Below are positions 1 to 10,520 of a DNA stretch of 64,000 bases, piece after piece. The number at the start of each line of letters is the position of its first letter. Within the stretch, counting starts at the first letter, position 1. Position numbers and translations under genes: made by a program. The stretch comes from a bacterium (GTDB lineage: Bacteria > Patescibacteriota > Minisyncoccia > Phycocordibacterales > UBA9973). The notes under the pieces were generated by a model that searched no databases, had not been told where the DNA came from, and saw nothing but the letters and a program-made list of their open reading frames with translations. The stretch spans positions 208,892 through 272,891 of the forward strand of contig JBAWZD010000001.1 of NCBI GenBank assembly GCA_037143195.1, written 5' to 3'.

Positions 1-246
1 GGATTTATCAAGAATGTACAAGGATACAAAGCCACCGTACTCTCGCTCCTTCTCATCGGAGAACTAATGTCAAAGATGCCCGACTCTGTAAGGAAACAAA
101 ATAGCGTCATTCCGTGGGAGCAGATTATCGGATTGCGTCACAGAATAGCTCATGATTACTTTGGCTTAGACGAGGATATTCTGTGGAAGATTATTCATGA
201 TGATATCCCAGCTTTGCGAGATGAAATCAAGAAATTACACGACTAA
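1..246 (+). CDS. HepT/DUF86-like HEPN ribonuclease (5'-partial)
   Basis: Not in the ORF track. Frame 1 is open from the window edge: ...LLLIGELMSKMPDSVRKQNSVIPWEQIIGLRHRIAHDYFGLDEDILWKIIHDDIPALRDEIKKLHD*. It has the Rx4H motif (RHRIAH) and the IPW/HDY signatures. Confidence 0.85.
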   Translation, partial: GFIKNVQGYKATVLSLLLIGELMSKMPDSVRKQNSVIPWEQIIGLRHRIAHDYFGLDEDILWKIIHDDIPALRDEIKKLHD

Positions 247-260
247 ATTTTAATTACTAT

Positions 261-1157
261 ATGGCAGCTGGAAAAGAACTCAAACGTCGAATCAAATCGA
301 TTAAAAACACGAAGAAGATCACCAAGGCGATGGAACTCGTCTCGGCTTCTAAAATGAAGCGCGCAATCTCTGCGACGCTCGCTTCGCGAGCTTATGCCGG
401 CTACTCATGGGAAGTCCTGCAGTCACTCGCCGAGTACGTTTCGGAAACACAGAACCCACTCATTGCGGGCGCAGGCACCGACAAATCAAAAGAAAAAATC
501 CTTGTCGTACTGGTGACATCAAATCGCTCACTCTGTGGTGGATACAACTCACAAGTCACACGTAAGACGATTGCATTCATTCGTGAACACGCGGGTCAGA
601 CGCTTGATTTCATTTCTATCGGCGCAAAAGGGGAGAGCAACCTCCGCCGCCTCGGTCAAAACATCATTGCGTCGTTCAACGACATCGCCGATGCGCCGAA
701 GCTCAACGACATCTACCCAATCGGCAATTACATTCTCGATCTTTACAAAAAAGGCGGATACGATCGTGTGTGTGTCGCGTATACCGATTTTGTTTCAGCA
801 CTTACTCAGACTCCACAGATAGCGACACTGCTTCCGGTCAAGAAGGAAGAACTCATCGAAACGATTGCCGAAGCAAAACAGAACGCATCCAAAGCAACAA
901 TCAATTACACATTCGAGCCAGATTATGAAACGCTCATGAGTATGATTGTCGAGAAGATTGCCCGCATGCGTGTCTACCAGATGATTCTCGAATCGACCGC
1001 AAGTGAACACTCTGCTCGAATGCTTGCGATGAAGAACGCGAGTGATGCCGCAGGAGAGATGATCGATGACCTGACATTAGCATTTAACAAAGCTCGCCAA
1101 GCTGGAATCACGCAAGAAATTTCCGAGATTTCCGCAGGTATGGCAAGTGTCAGTTAA
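261..1157 (+). CDS. atpG: ATP synthase F1 gamma subunit
   Basis: KITKAMELVSASK, LCGGYN and FNKARQAGITQEISEI motifs. Confidence 0.98.
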   Translation: MAAGKELKRRIKSIKNTKKITKAMELVSASKMKRAISATLASRAYAGYSWEVLQSLAEYVSETQNPLIAGAGTDKSKEKILVVLVTSNRSLCGGYNSQVTRKTIAFIREHAGQTLDFISIGAKGESNLRRLGQNIIASFNDIADAPKLNDIYPIGNYILDLYKKGGYDRVCVAYTDFVSALTQTPQIATLLPVKKEELIETIAEAKQNASKATINYTFEPDYETLMSMIVEKIARMRVYQMILESTASEHSARMLAMKNASDAAGEMIDDLTLAFNKARQAGITQEISEISAGMASVS

Positions 1158-1180
1158 AAATATTTTTATAAGATTATTAA

Positions 1181-2554
<1,374 letters not shown>

Positions 2555-2560
2555 AAATTT

Positions 2561-2592
2561 AGACCCCAACAAAATTAAGTTTTGTGGGGTCT
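2561..2592 (-). terminator. Hairpin/putative terminator between atpD and the antisense micro-ORF
   Basis: agaccccaacaaaa-ttaag-ttttgtggggtct; an A/T-rich run follows on the minus strand. Confidence 0.5.
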
Positions 2593-2742
2593 GGGAGTGT
2601 CATTCGACGATCTAAATTTTCTGAGTAACGATCTCCTAATTTTTTCGCCGAAAACTGTGAGTAGTAATAAACATATTACAACGGTTATCAGCAGCCATGG
2701 GATAGGCTGATCACTCGGAACTTTTAACAGTATCTGCTTCAT
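2575..2742 (-). CDS. Putative 55-aa single-pass membrane microprotein
   Basis: Manual translation: MKQILLKVPSDQPIPWLLITVVICLLLLTVFGEKIRRSLLRKFRSSNDTPRPHKT*. A hydrophobic helix is followed by a basic tail, and the ORF fills the atpD-atpC gap. Confidence 0.45.
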   Translation of the reverse strand: MKQILLKVPSDQPIPWLLITVVICLLLLTVFGEKIRRSLLRKFRSSNDTPRPHKT

Positions 2743-2782
2743 AAAAAAAGGTTTGTTAGTAGAATAGATTAATATATCATTT

Positions 2783-3229
2783 ATGTCAAGTAATCAAATA
2801 AAACTCAAAATAATCACGCCCGAGAAAACGGTGCTTGAAGAGATGGTAGATTCTGTAACAATTCCTGCGACAGAAGGGGAAATCACGATTCTTCCACACC
2901 ATATTCCACTCGTGTCAGGACTCGCTTCTGGAGATATCGTGGCGCGTGTCGGTGACGATGTTGTCCCAATGGCAGTTTCTGGCGGCTTCATCGAAGTCAA
3001 AGGAGTCGATGGTGTGACCGAAGTCGCCGTGCTCGCAGACTTCGCCGAACACGTCAAAGAAATTTCTGAAGATGCAGTTCGAGTTGCGCAAGATCGCGCC
3101 GATGCTTTGAAAAAAATGAAAGAGAACGATGAAGTTGTTGACTTCGAGCACTTCGCAAGTGAGCTCGAGCGATCACTCACGCGTGTCAAAGTCGCCGACA
3201 AGTGGCGCGGAAAAAAATATCGCATTTAA
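2783..3229 (+). CDS. atpC: ATP synthase F1 epsilon subunit
   Basis: IITPEK, GEITILPHHIPL and VSGGFIEV motifs; follows atpD. Confidence 0.95.
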   Translation: MSSNQIKLKIITPEKTVLEEMVDSVTIPATEGEITILPHHIPLVSGLASGDIVARVGDDVVPMAVSGGFIEVKGVDGVTEVAVLADFAEHVKEISEDAVRVAQDRADALKKMKENDEVVDFEHFASELERSLTRVKVADKWRGKKYRI

Positions 3230-3254
3230 AAAACAAAATCCACAGCTCACTTGC

Positions 3255-3283
3255 TTGATATCGTATAGACATATAGGTATAAT
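3255..3283 (+). promoter_or_regulatory. Sigma70-type promoter
   Basis: TTGATA-17nt-TATAAT. Confidence 0.55.
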
Positions 3284-3302
3284 GCAGGTATAAGTGGTCG
3301 AC

Positions 3303-3353
3303 AAAAAGTAAGAGTCCCGACGTAGCCTATCTGCGTCGGGCTTTTGCTTTTTT
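3303..3353 (+). terminator. Intrinsic terminator
   Basis: aaaaagtaagag-t-cccgacgtag / ctgcgtcggg-cttttgcttttt long hairpin ending in a U-tract. Confidence 0.75.
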
Positions 3354-3391
3354 AGGACAGTTCTGGTAGTGTGTCTACACAACTGAATATC

Positions 3392-3490
3392 GTTTGTATC
3401 AAGAGTGTGGCGAGAGATTTGGCTCGATGACCCACCAGCAACCTACGCAAAGCAAGGTGCTTCATCCAAATTCCGAAAGGAAGATACACG
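3392..3490 (+). promoter_or_regulatory. SAM-I (S-box) riboswitch aptamer
   Basis: TGTATCAAGAG..GG.GAGAGA.TTGG...GATGA...CAGCAACC...AAGGTGC...TCC...AAGATACA matches the S-box consensus. P1 is tgtatc/gataca, and the element lies directly upstream of metK. Confidence 0.9.
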
Positions 3491-3493
3491 TCG

Positions 3494-3528
3494 TACTCTT
3501 ACCTGTCGGGTGAAGAGTATTTTTTTTA
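3494..3528 (+). terminator. Expression-platform terminator of the SAM-I riboswitch
   Basis: tactcttacc-tgtcg-ggtgaagagta followed by a T8 run. Confidence 0.8.
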
Positions 3529-3559
3529 TTCTTCTCCTTACTATTTTTATTTACGTTTT

Positions 3560-4600
3560 ATGTATATACCGAAAAAATACACAGTCGAAAATGTTCGTCG
3601 CGGTCACCCAGACAAAGTGTGTGATCAAATTTCCGATGCGATTCTTGACGCGTACCTCGCGCACGATCCATTCGCACGCGTGGCGATTGAATCTTTTGGT
3701 GCGCATGGACTACTCACGCTCGGTGGCGAAATTACTTCGACGGCACATGTTGATGTTGAAAGTATTGCACGTGAGGTGTATCGCTCGATTGGATTCACAA
3801 GTGACATCGAAATTCGCACACAGATTGTGAAGCAGTCGCCTGAGATCGCGATGGGTGTGAATAATGACGGAGCAGGGGACCAAGGTATCATGTACGGATT
3901 CGCGACGAATGAAACACCTGAAATGCTTCCGCGCGGTGTGGTGTATTCTGCACGAATTGTTGCGTTACTCGACACGCCCGAGACGAGTGCGCGGCTTCCG
4001 TGGCTTCTTCCTGATGGCAAAACACAAATCACGATGGTGGATGACGCAGTCGATACTATTGTCGTGAGTGTACAGCACACAGAAGCTGTGACGCACACAG
4101 AGATTGAAAACGGAATTCGTGAAGTGGTACTTGAACCAATTTTTGGTGATATTCTCGAAACTGCAAGAGTGATTATTAATCCAAGCGGAATGTTTACGAT
4201 TGGTGGATTTGATGCAGACACTGGACTTACGGGAAGAAAAATAATGGTAGATACCTATGGCGGAATTATTCCGCACGGCGGGGGATGTTTCAGTGGCAAG
4301 GACGCGACCAAGGTAGATCGCTCGGCTGCATACATGGCGCGATACGTCGCAAAGACACTCGTGCGCGAAGGCACAGCAAAAGAAGCGCTCGTCTCTGTCG
4401 CGTATGCAATCGGCGTAGCAGAACCGGTGATGCTCACTGTCACAAACGAAAATGGTGAAGATATTTCAAGTGCAATACAAGGACGATTTGATTTTGCGCC
4501 AAAAGCGATTATCGAAAAACTCGGACTTCGAAATGCGGTGTACAAAAATGTCGCAGCTCATGGTCACTTCATTCACGCGAATACTCCGTGGGAAAAATAA
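3560..4600 (+). CDS. metK: S-adenosylmethionine synthetase
   Basis: GHPDKVCDQISD, GAGDQG, GLTGRK and GGGCFSGKD motifs. Confidence 0.97.
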   Translation: MYIPKKYTVENVRRGHPDKVCDQISDAILDAYLAHDPFARVAIESFGAHGLLTLGGEITSTAHVDVESIAREVYRSIGFTSDIEIRTQIVKQSPEIAMGVNNDGAGDQGIMYGFATNETPEMLPRGVVYSARIVALLDTPETSARLPWLLPDGKTQITMVDDAVDTIVVSVQHTEAVTHTEIENGIREVVLEPIFGDILETARVIINPSGMFTIGGFDADTGLTGRKIMVDTYGGIIPHGGGCFSGKDATKVDRSAAYMARYVAKTLVREGTAKEALVSVAYAIGVAEPVMLTVTNENGEDISSAIQGRFDFAPKAIIEKLGLRNAVYKNVAAHGHFIHANTPWEK

Positions 4601-4611
4601 AAAACACCGAC

Positions 4612-4968
4612 TTATCGCCGGTGAGTTTTCTTTTTCTTTCCAAATGGTTTTTTCTTGATCGGAATTTTTTGCGAACTGAGTGCTCGCGGTGGACTTACTA
4701 TCTTGTAATAAAAAACAAGAATAGAAAGTATAATCGCGAGTATCGAACCTAGAAATTCGGACCAAAAATACCAGTCATTTTGGTCATAGTACCCATACGC
4801 ACAGGTGAATATTGAAAATCCTGCAGTCATGTAGGTATTAGCCTCGGAGACTTGGTTTGCTGATTTTTGCTTTAGTATTAGTTTGATTTGAGAGGGGACT
4901 CCTATAAGGCAAAGTCCAATCGAAAAACCTGAGCTAATAGTAGAGCAAATTTGTGCTGCGTTGTTCAT
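4612..4968 (-). CDS. PQ-loop/SemiSWEET-like small membrane protein
   Basis: Three hydrophobic segments and a VPSQIKLI..KSANQVS PQ-loop-like pattern. Confidence 0.55.
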   Translation of the reverse strand: MNNAAQICSTISSGFSIGLCLIGVPSQIKLILKQKSANQVSEANTYMTAGFSIFTCAYGYYDQNDWYFWSEFLGSILAIILSILVFYYKIVSPPRALSSQKIPIKKKPFGKKKKTHRR

Positions 4969-5063
4969 TTTAATGAGTTGTGAGTTGCACCTATCCTACC
5001 ACAACGAGGCTCAAAAACAGACGCGTTTTCCACCTTTTGTGACGTCGTGGTAGAATAGGTGGT

Positions 5064-5894
5064 ATGGAAATCGTAAAGACTGGTGGTGTCCGCGAAGAAT
5101 TCAGCCCCTCGAAATTGTGTCTTTCGATGCGTAAAGCAGGTGCTCCGCGTGATGTGGCTGATACGATTTGTCGTACTGTGGGTACGAAAGTAAACCCAAA
5201 TGATTCGACCAACTCCATCTTTCGTAAGTCACTCAAATATCTCATGAAGGAAGCGCCGGATGTTGCCGCTCGCTATAGTTTGCGTCGCGGACTTGAGGCG
5301 CTTGGCCCAGCTGGATTTATCTTTGAGCAATATTTTGAAGTTGTGCTTCAAGCATATGGATTTACCACGAAGCGCGATGTCACACTCAAAGGCAAATGTG
5401 TGTCGCACGAGATCGACGTCATCGCAGCTGAAGGAAGCAAACGTTTTTTGGTTGAGGCCAAGTATCATAACGAACAAGGAATCAAAACACATGTCGATGT
5501 CATTATGTATGCCGACGCGCGCTTGATTGATATCGTCAAAAACGAACCGGAAAAGAATCAAAAGAATTTTGAATATGCGATGTGGGTCGTAACGAATACG
5601 AAGTTTACCGATGCTGCGATTCAATACGCAAAGTGTCGTGGTATTCGATTGACTGGCTGGAATTATCCACGTGGCGCAAGTCTTGAAGATATTATTGCCG
5701 ACAAAAAACTCTATCCGGTGACGGTGCTTCCATCGCTTCCAAAACTATTATTGCCCGAACTCGCAAAGAAAAATATTATCCTCGCGCAAGATTTGCTCAC
5801 CTATGAAGCACGCGACCTTGTTCGAATGTTTGGAGTTGAAAAAGATATCGCGGAAAAGCTTGTCCGCGAAGTCGCTGGAATGGTAGGAAACTAA
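5064..5894 (+). CDS. ATP-cone + PD-(D/E)xK restriction-endonuclease-like (Mrr-type) protein
   Basis: N-terminal IVKTGGVREEFSPSKL ATP-cone; FEQY...EIDVIA...VEAKYH nuclease motif; TNTKFT. Confidence 0.8.
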   Translation: MEIVKTGGVREEFSPSKLCLSMRKAGAPRDVADTICRTVGTKVNPNDSTNSIFRKSLKYLMKEAPDVAARYSLRRGLEALGPAGFIFEQYFEVVLQAYGFTTKRDVTLKGKCVSHEIDVIAAEGSKRFLVEAKYHNEQGIKTHVDVIMYADARLIDIVKNEPEKNQKNFEYAMWVVTNTKFTDAAIQYAKCRGIRLTGWNYPRGASLEDIIADKKLYPVTVLPSLPKLLLPELAKKNIILAQDLLTYEARDLVRMFGVEKDIAEKLVREVAGMVGN

Positions 5895-5895
5895 T

Positions 5896-6627
5896 ATGGA
5901 ATTAAATTCTCACGTACGAAAAGTAGCAGTATTCGATATCGACGGAACTATTTTCCGTTCGAGTCTCCTCATCAAACTTGTGGAGGAACTTGTCGCGCGT
6001 GGAGATTTTCCAGAAAGTGCGCGTACGCTGTATAAAGGATACGAAGAAGCATGGATTGAACGACAAGGTTCGTATGAAGATTACATTATGAAGGTTGTCG
6101 AGTCATTCACTTCGCACATGAAAGGTTTGCCGTACACTGCACTCCACGATGCGGCCAAAACAGTCAACGCAAAGGATAAGAATATTCGCTATTTGTATAC
6201 GAGTAAATTGATTCGAGATTTGAAGGAACAAGGATACTTTTTGCTCGCGGTGTCTCAGTCTCCATGGGCGGTGCTGCATGATTTTTGTACGATGCTTGGT
6301 TTCGACAAAGTCTACGGACGATTTTATGAGCTCGATAGCGAAGAGAAATTTACGGGCAATGTGGTGAGCGAAGAATTGATCAGTGACAAGTCGGCTATTG
6401 TGAAGCGCGCCTGCGACAAGCATGGTCTTTCGCTCGAAGGTTCGTATGCAGTAGGGGACACAGAAGGAGATATTCCTATGCTCTCTATAGTCGAGAATCC
6501 GATTTGTTTTAATCCGAATGCCAAACTTGCCAAGGTTGCGCGAGAAAATGGTTGGACTATCGTAATAGAAAGAAAAGATGTAATGTATGAATGGAATGGC
6601 AAAACAGGCCTCATGCGCCTCATGTAA
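5896..6627 (+). CDS. HAD-IB family hydrolase
   Basis: FDIDGT and GDTEGD motifs. Confidence 0.88.
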   Translation: MELNSHVRKVAVFDIDGTIFRSSLLIKLVEELVARGDFPESARTLYKGYEEAWIERQGSYEDYIMKVVESFTSHMKGLPYTALHDAAKTVNAKDKNIRYLYTSKLIRDLKEQGYFLLAVSQSPWAVLHDFCTMLGFDKVYGRFYELDSEEKFTGNVVSEELISDKSAIVKRACDKHGLSLEGSYAVGDTEGDIPMLSIVENPICFNPNAKLAKVARENGWTIVIERKDVMYEWNGKTGLMRLM

Positions 6628-6630
6628 TCT

Positions 6631-7320
6631 ATGAACATCCAACTTGGAACACTCTATATCGTAGCAACGCCAATCGGAAACCTTGAAGATATTACACTTC
6701 GAGCACTTCGTGTTTTGAGCGAAGTTTCGCTTGTGCTGTGTGAAGATACCCGTCATACAAAAATCCTTTTTGGGCGACACAATATCCACGCAAAAACAGA
6801 AAGCTATCACGCTCATTCAACCGAAGCAAAACTACACTCAATCGCTGAAAAGCTTGAACGCGGTGAGGATTTGGCGCTTGTGAGCGATGCGGGAACACCA
6901 CTCATTTCAGACCCTGGATCGCCACTCCTTACTTATCTCCGAAAACGATTTGGATCCGAACTTCGCATTGTTCCAATCCCGGGAGCCTCGGCGCTGACGA
7001 CTGCACTCTCAGTGATCCCAGTATCAGGTGGCCGGTTTACATTTCTCGGTTTTCTCCCACACAAAAAAGGGCGCCAAACGATCATCAAAGAAATGCGTGA
7101 AGCCCGAGATGCACAAGTGTGTTACGAATCATCACACCGCATCGTAAAGCTCATGACAGAACTCGAAGAATTCTATCCAGAAGCACATGTATGGATTGCA
7201 CGTGAACTCACAAAACAATTTGAAGAAGTTCTTGAAGGCACACCACTTGAACTTCGCACAATTTTCGAAACAACTCCTGAAAAACAAAAAGGGGAGTTCG
7301 TTGTCGTTGTCGAAAAGTAA
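6631..7320 (+). CDS. rsmI: 16S rRNA (cytidine1402-2'-O)-methyltransferase
   Basis: VATPIGNLEDIT, CEDTR, SDAGTPLISDPG and RELTKQFEE motifs. Confidence 0.96.
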   Translation: MNIQLGTLYIVATPIGNLEDITLRALRVLSEVSLVLCEDTRHTKILFGRHNIHAKTESYHAHSTEAKLHSIAEKLERGEDLALVSDAGTPLISDPGSPLLTYLRKRFGSELRIVPIPGASALTTALSVIPVSGGRFTFLGFLPHKKGRQTIIKEMREARDAQVCYESSHRIVKLMTELEEFYPEAHVWIARELTKQFEEVLEGTPLELRTIFETTPEKQKGEFVVVVEK

Positions 7321-7344
7321 CGAAGCGAGTATAATCAGTGTGAT

Positions 7345-7554
7345 ATGAATAAAGAAAAAGTTTTGCTTATTTTGGGCGTGTGGTTAATCATCCTTCCGTT
7401 TCTTGGTTTCCCTGATCTTTGGAAAACAATCCTTATTTCAGCGACGGGTGTCGTCGTTGTGTATTTGAGTGCCCTTATCTGGAAACAGGTTCGCATGCGC
7501 GCTCTCAACAACGTAGCTGAAATTAAAACAGAAACATTTACCGAAACATCATAA
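7345..7554 (+). CDS. Small 2-TM membrane protein (SPW-like)
   Basis: LGVWLIILPFLGF hydrophobic hairpin; TATAAT lies upstream. Confidence 0.7.
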   Translation: MNKEKVLLILGVWLIILPFLGFPDLWKTILISATGVVVVYLSALIWKQVRMRALNNVAEIKTETFTETS

Positions 7555-8714
7555 TGCGATTGTCACTTTCCACAAAACAAAAACGAATACTCAAGATTTT
7601 AGGAGGTGTTTTTGTTGTATTGATTATCGCGTTGATTTTTTTGTTTGCATACAAAAAGACTCATTTCGCCTACAAGCAGAATGGTTCTACGGGCAACGCA
7701 CTTAAGAGTGATTCTCTTACAGTGGCACTTCCTGCACTCATACCACCCGTTCCAAAACCGGTACTTGATACAGTGGCATACGACAAGAAAAATTTGCAAA
7801 TCGCGAACAATCCAGTACCAAAACCCGTTGCTCCATCGAGCAAAGTAGCTGATGACGAGGTTACGGGGACTCTTATTACTCCAAAGGTAGTACCGCTTTG
7901 GCCACCAAAAACAGTGTATCCAAATTATGGAGCACTACTTCCGTTTAATCGTATCGTTGCATACTATGGCAACTTCTACTCAAAAGGCATGGGCGTGCTC
8001 GGTCAATATCCGACTGACGTGATGCTTGATAAATTGAATAAGGAAGTTGAGGTATGGAAGCTTGCTGACCCGACAACTCCTGTGATACCTGCAATTCATT
8101 ATATTGTTGTCACTGCCCAAGGTAGTGCCGGACGTGACGGCAAATATCGTTTGCGTATGCCTGATGCTCAGATTGATCATGCGATTGAACTTGCGCACAA
8201 GATTCACGGTCTTGTATTTCTTGATGTTCAAGTAGCACTGAGCAACGTGCAGACCGAAGTTCCGCTACTTGAAAAATATTTAAAAATGCCAGACGTGCAT
8301 CTTGGACTCGATCCAGAATTTTCCATGAAGCATGGTGAGCGTCCTGGTTCTGTAATTGGAACAATGGATGCTACTGATATCAACTGGGCGATGAATTATC
8401 TCGCCAAGATTGTACAAGACAACAATCTTCCTCCAAAGATATTGATTATTCACCGCTTTACGATGCCGATGGTGACGAATTACAAACTTATCAAACCACT
8501 TCCTGAAGTACAGTTCGTGATGGATATGGACGGATGGGGATTCGCTGCCAAAAAAATTAATACTTACAATACTGTTATCACTCCGCAACCGGTGCAGTTT
8601 AGTGGATTCAAGTTGTTTTATAAAAACGATTTACTTCCGCCAAGTAAGAGAATGCTCACTCCAGCCGAACTCTTGAAACTTACTCCACAGCCAATCTATA
8701 TACAGTACCAATAA
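7554..8714 (+). CDS. Membrane-anchored extracytoplasmic hypothetical protein
   Basis: N-terminal TM, Pro-rich linker and a globular domain (AYYG, HLGLDPEF, HRFT, DMDGWG, GFKLFY). Confidence 0.75.
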   Translation: MRLSLSTKQKRILKILGGVFVVLIIALIFLFAYKKTHFAYKQNGSTGNALKSDSLTVALPALIPPVPKPVLDTVAYDKKNLQIANNPVPKPVAPSSKVADDEVTGTLITPKVVPLWPPKTVYPNYGALLPFNRIVAYYGNFYSKGMGVLGQYPTDVMLDKLNKEVEVWKLADPTTPVIPAIHYIVVTAQGSAGRDGKYRLRMPDAQIDHAIELAHKIHGLVFLDVQVALSNVQTEVPLLEKYLKMPDVHLGLDPEFSMKHGERPGSVIGTMDATDINWAMNYLAKIVQDNNLPPKILIIHRFTMPMVTNYKLIKPLPEVQFVMDMDGWGFAAKKINTYNTVITPQPVQFSGFKLFYKNDLLPPSKRMLTPAELLKLTPQPIYIQYQ

Positions 8715-8740
8715 GAACAAGGTATACTATACAAACATTT

Positions 8741-9964
8741 ATGAAAACACGAGCAAAAATTGCCATTGGTGCGGTATCAGTCCTGCTTCTCTCAGGTGTA
8801 TTTTATGTCGGTTTTTTTGTAGGTTCTCGTCATCATACATATGAAGAGCAGGTAACGACTGTCGTCAACAAAGACAATCAAGCGGTTCTTGGACAAGCTG
8901 ATTTTGCACCATTTTGGAAAGTGTGGAACATTATGGACCAAAAATTCCCAGGCGCAGACAAGATTAGTGCACAAGATCGTGTCTACGGTGCAATCAAAGG
9001 TCTTGTAGCATCGACTGGCGATCCATACTCGGTATTTTTCCCACCACAGGATTCAAAGAATTTTTCTGACACCATCAGTGGCAGTTTTGAAGGTATCGGA
9101 ATGGAGGTCGGAATCAAGGACAAAGTCTTGACCGTCATCGCTCCACTCAAAGGTACTCCAGCTGAGAAAGCAGGTATTTTGCCAGGTGACAAAATTTTGA
9201 AAATAAATGGCAAGACGACTGAAGATATGTCTGTCGACCAAGCGGTCACAATCATTCGTGGACCAAAGGGCACATCGGTTACTCTCTCGATGTATCGCGA
9301 AGGCAAGACAAAGCCAAACGATGTTGTTGTGACTCGTGATGTGATTGACGTTCCGACTATTGATACAAAGCTCCGTTCCGACGGTGTGTATGTGATTAGT
9401 CTCTATAGCTTTAGCGCAACATCTGCGACGCTTATGGAAAAGGCACTTGAAGATTTTTCAAAGAGCGGTTCAAAGGACCTCGTGATTGATCTTCGTGGCA
9501 ATCCAGGTGGCTACCTCGACGCAGCCGTTGATATGGCAAGTTTCTTTTTGCCCGAAGGCGACACAATCGTAACTGAAGACTTTGGCAAAAATGGTTCTCC
9601 AAAAATCTACCGCAGTAAAGGATTTGATTTGCTTGATATGAAAAACATCAAAGTTGCCGTGCTTGTCGACAAAGGTTCTGCATCTGCATCGGAAATTCTC
9701 TCAGGTGCACTTCAGCAACACAACGTCGCTCCACTCATCGGAGAGACAACATACGGTAAGGGCTCAGTCCAAGAAGTGCTCGATGTGACCAAAGACACGA
9801 CAATGAAAATCACTGTCGCAAAATGGCTCACTCCAAACGGCTCATGGATCTCAGAACACGGCCTCAAACCTGACATCCCAGTCACTGTGAGCGACAAAGA
9901 TATCGCCGACCACGTCGATCCAGTGCTCAACCGAGCTCTCGAATACTTCAAAACAGGGAAGTAG
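8741..9964 (+). CDS. S41 carboxyl-terminal processing protease (CtpA-like)
   Basis: PDZ domain, DLRGNPGG, SASASE and GKGSVQ motifs. Confidence 0.95.
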   Translation: MKTRAKIAIGAVSVLLLSGVFYVGFFVGSRHHTYEEQVTTVVNKDNQAVLGQADFAPFWKVWNIMDQKFPGADKISAQDRVYGAIKGLVASTGDPYSVFFPPQDSKNFSDTISGSFEGIGMEVGIKDKVLTVIAPLKGTPAEKAGILPGDKILKINGKTTEDMSVDQAVTIIRGPKGTSVTLSMYREGKTKPNDVVVTRDVIDVPTIDTKLRSDGVYVISLYSFSATSATLMEKALEDFSKSGSKDLVIDLRGNPGGYLDAAVDMASFFLPEGDTIVTEDFGKNGSPKIYRSKGFDLLDMKNIKVAVLVDKGSASASEILSGALQQHNVAPLIGETTYGKGSVQEVLDVTKDTTMKITVAKWLTPNGSWISEHGLKPDIPVTVSDKDIADHVDPVLNRALEYFKTGK

Positions 9965-9999
9965 TCGAACGTCGCAAAATCAGGTATACTGGTTTTGCT

Positions 10000-10443
10000 A
10001 TGAAAGTTATATTCATCAAAAAGGTCCCAAAAGTGGGCAATATCAATGAAATCAAGGAACAGCCTGACGGCTATGTCCGCAATTTCCTCTTGCCAAAGGG
10101 TTTCGCTATTATTGCGACTCCTGAGGCTATCAAGAAGCTCGAACGCACACAAAACGAAGTGCGTGTAGTCAAAGAAGTCCAAACTGACCTCTTCAAAAAG
10201 AATCTCCGCGCAGTCGCGGGCGTCGGAGTAACGCTCTCTGCAAAGGCAAACGAACAAGGTAGTCTTTTCAAAGCTATCCATCAGAAAGACATCGCCGAAG
10301 CGCTCAAAAAGCAACACCAAATCACCATGGCCGAAGAATTCATCCGTCTCGCCGAGCCAATCAAACACACGGGCGAATACTCCGTCTCAATCGAGGCAAT
10401 GGGTATGAAGGAATCTATCGTCGTGACTGTTTCAAAAGCATAA
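10000..10443 (+). CDS. rplI: 50S ribosomal protein L9
   Basis: MKVIF...GYVRNFLLPKG and PIKHTG motifs. Confidence 0.95.
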   Translation: MKVIFIKKVPKVGNINEIKEQPDGYVRNFLLPKGFAIIATPEAIKKLERTQNEVRVVKEVQTDLFKKNLRAVAGVGVTLSAKANEQGSLFKAIHQKDIAEALKKQHQITMAEEFIRLAEPIKHTGEYSVSIEAMGMKESIVVTVSKA

Positions 10444-10448
10444 CGAAT

Positions 10449-10515
10449 ACAAAAAAACGCCTCACTTATTTTTTTATCAGAAGTCTGATCAGAAAATAAG
10501 TGAGGCGTTTTTTGT
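10449..10515. terminator. Bidirectional terminator between rplI and rpmA
   Basis: aaaaaacgcctcacttatttt / aaaataagtgaggcgtttttt long inverted repeat between convergent genes. Confidence 0.8.
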
Positions 10516-10520
10516 TTGTG

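Noticed and set aside
3405-3830. 141-aa ORF upstream of and overlapping metK
   Set aside because: It spans the SAM-I riboswitch and is out of frame with metK.
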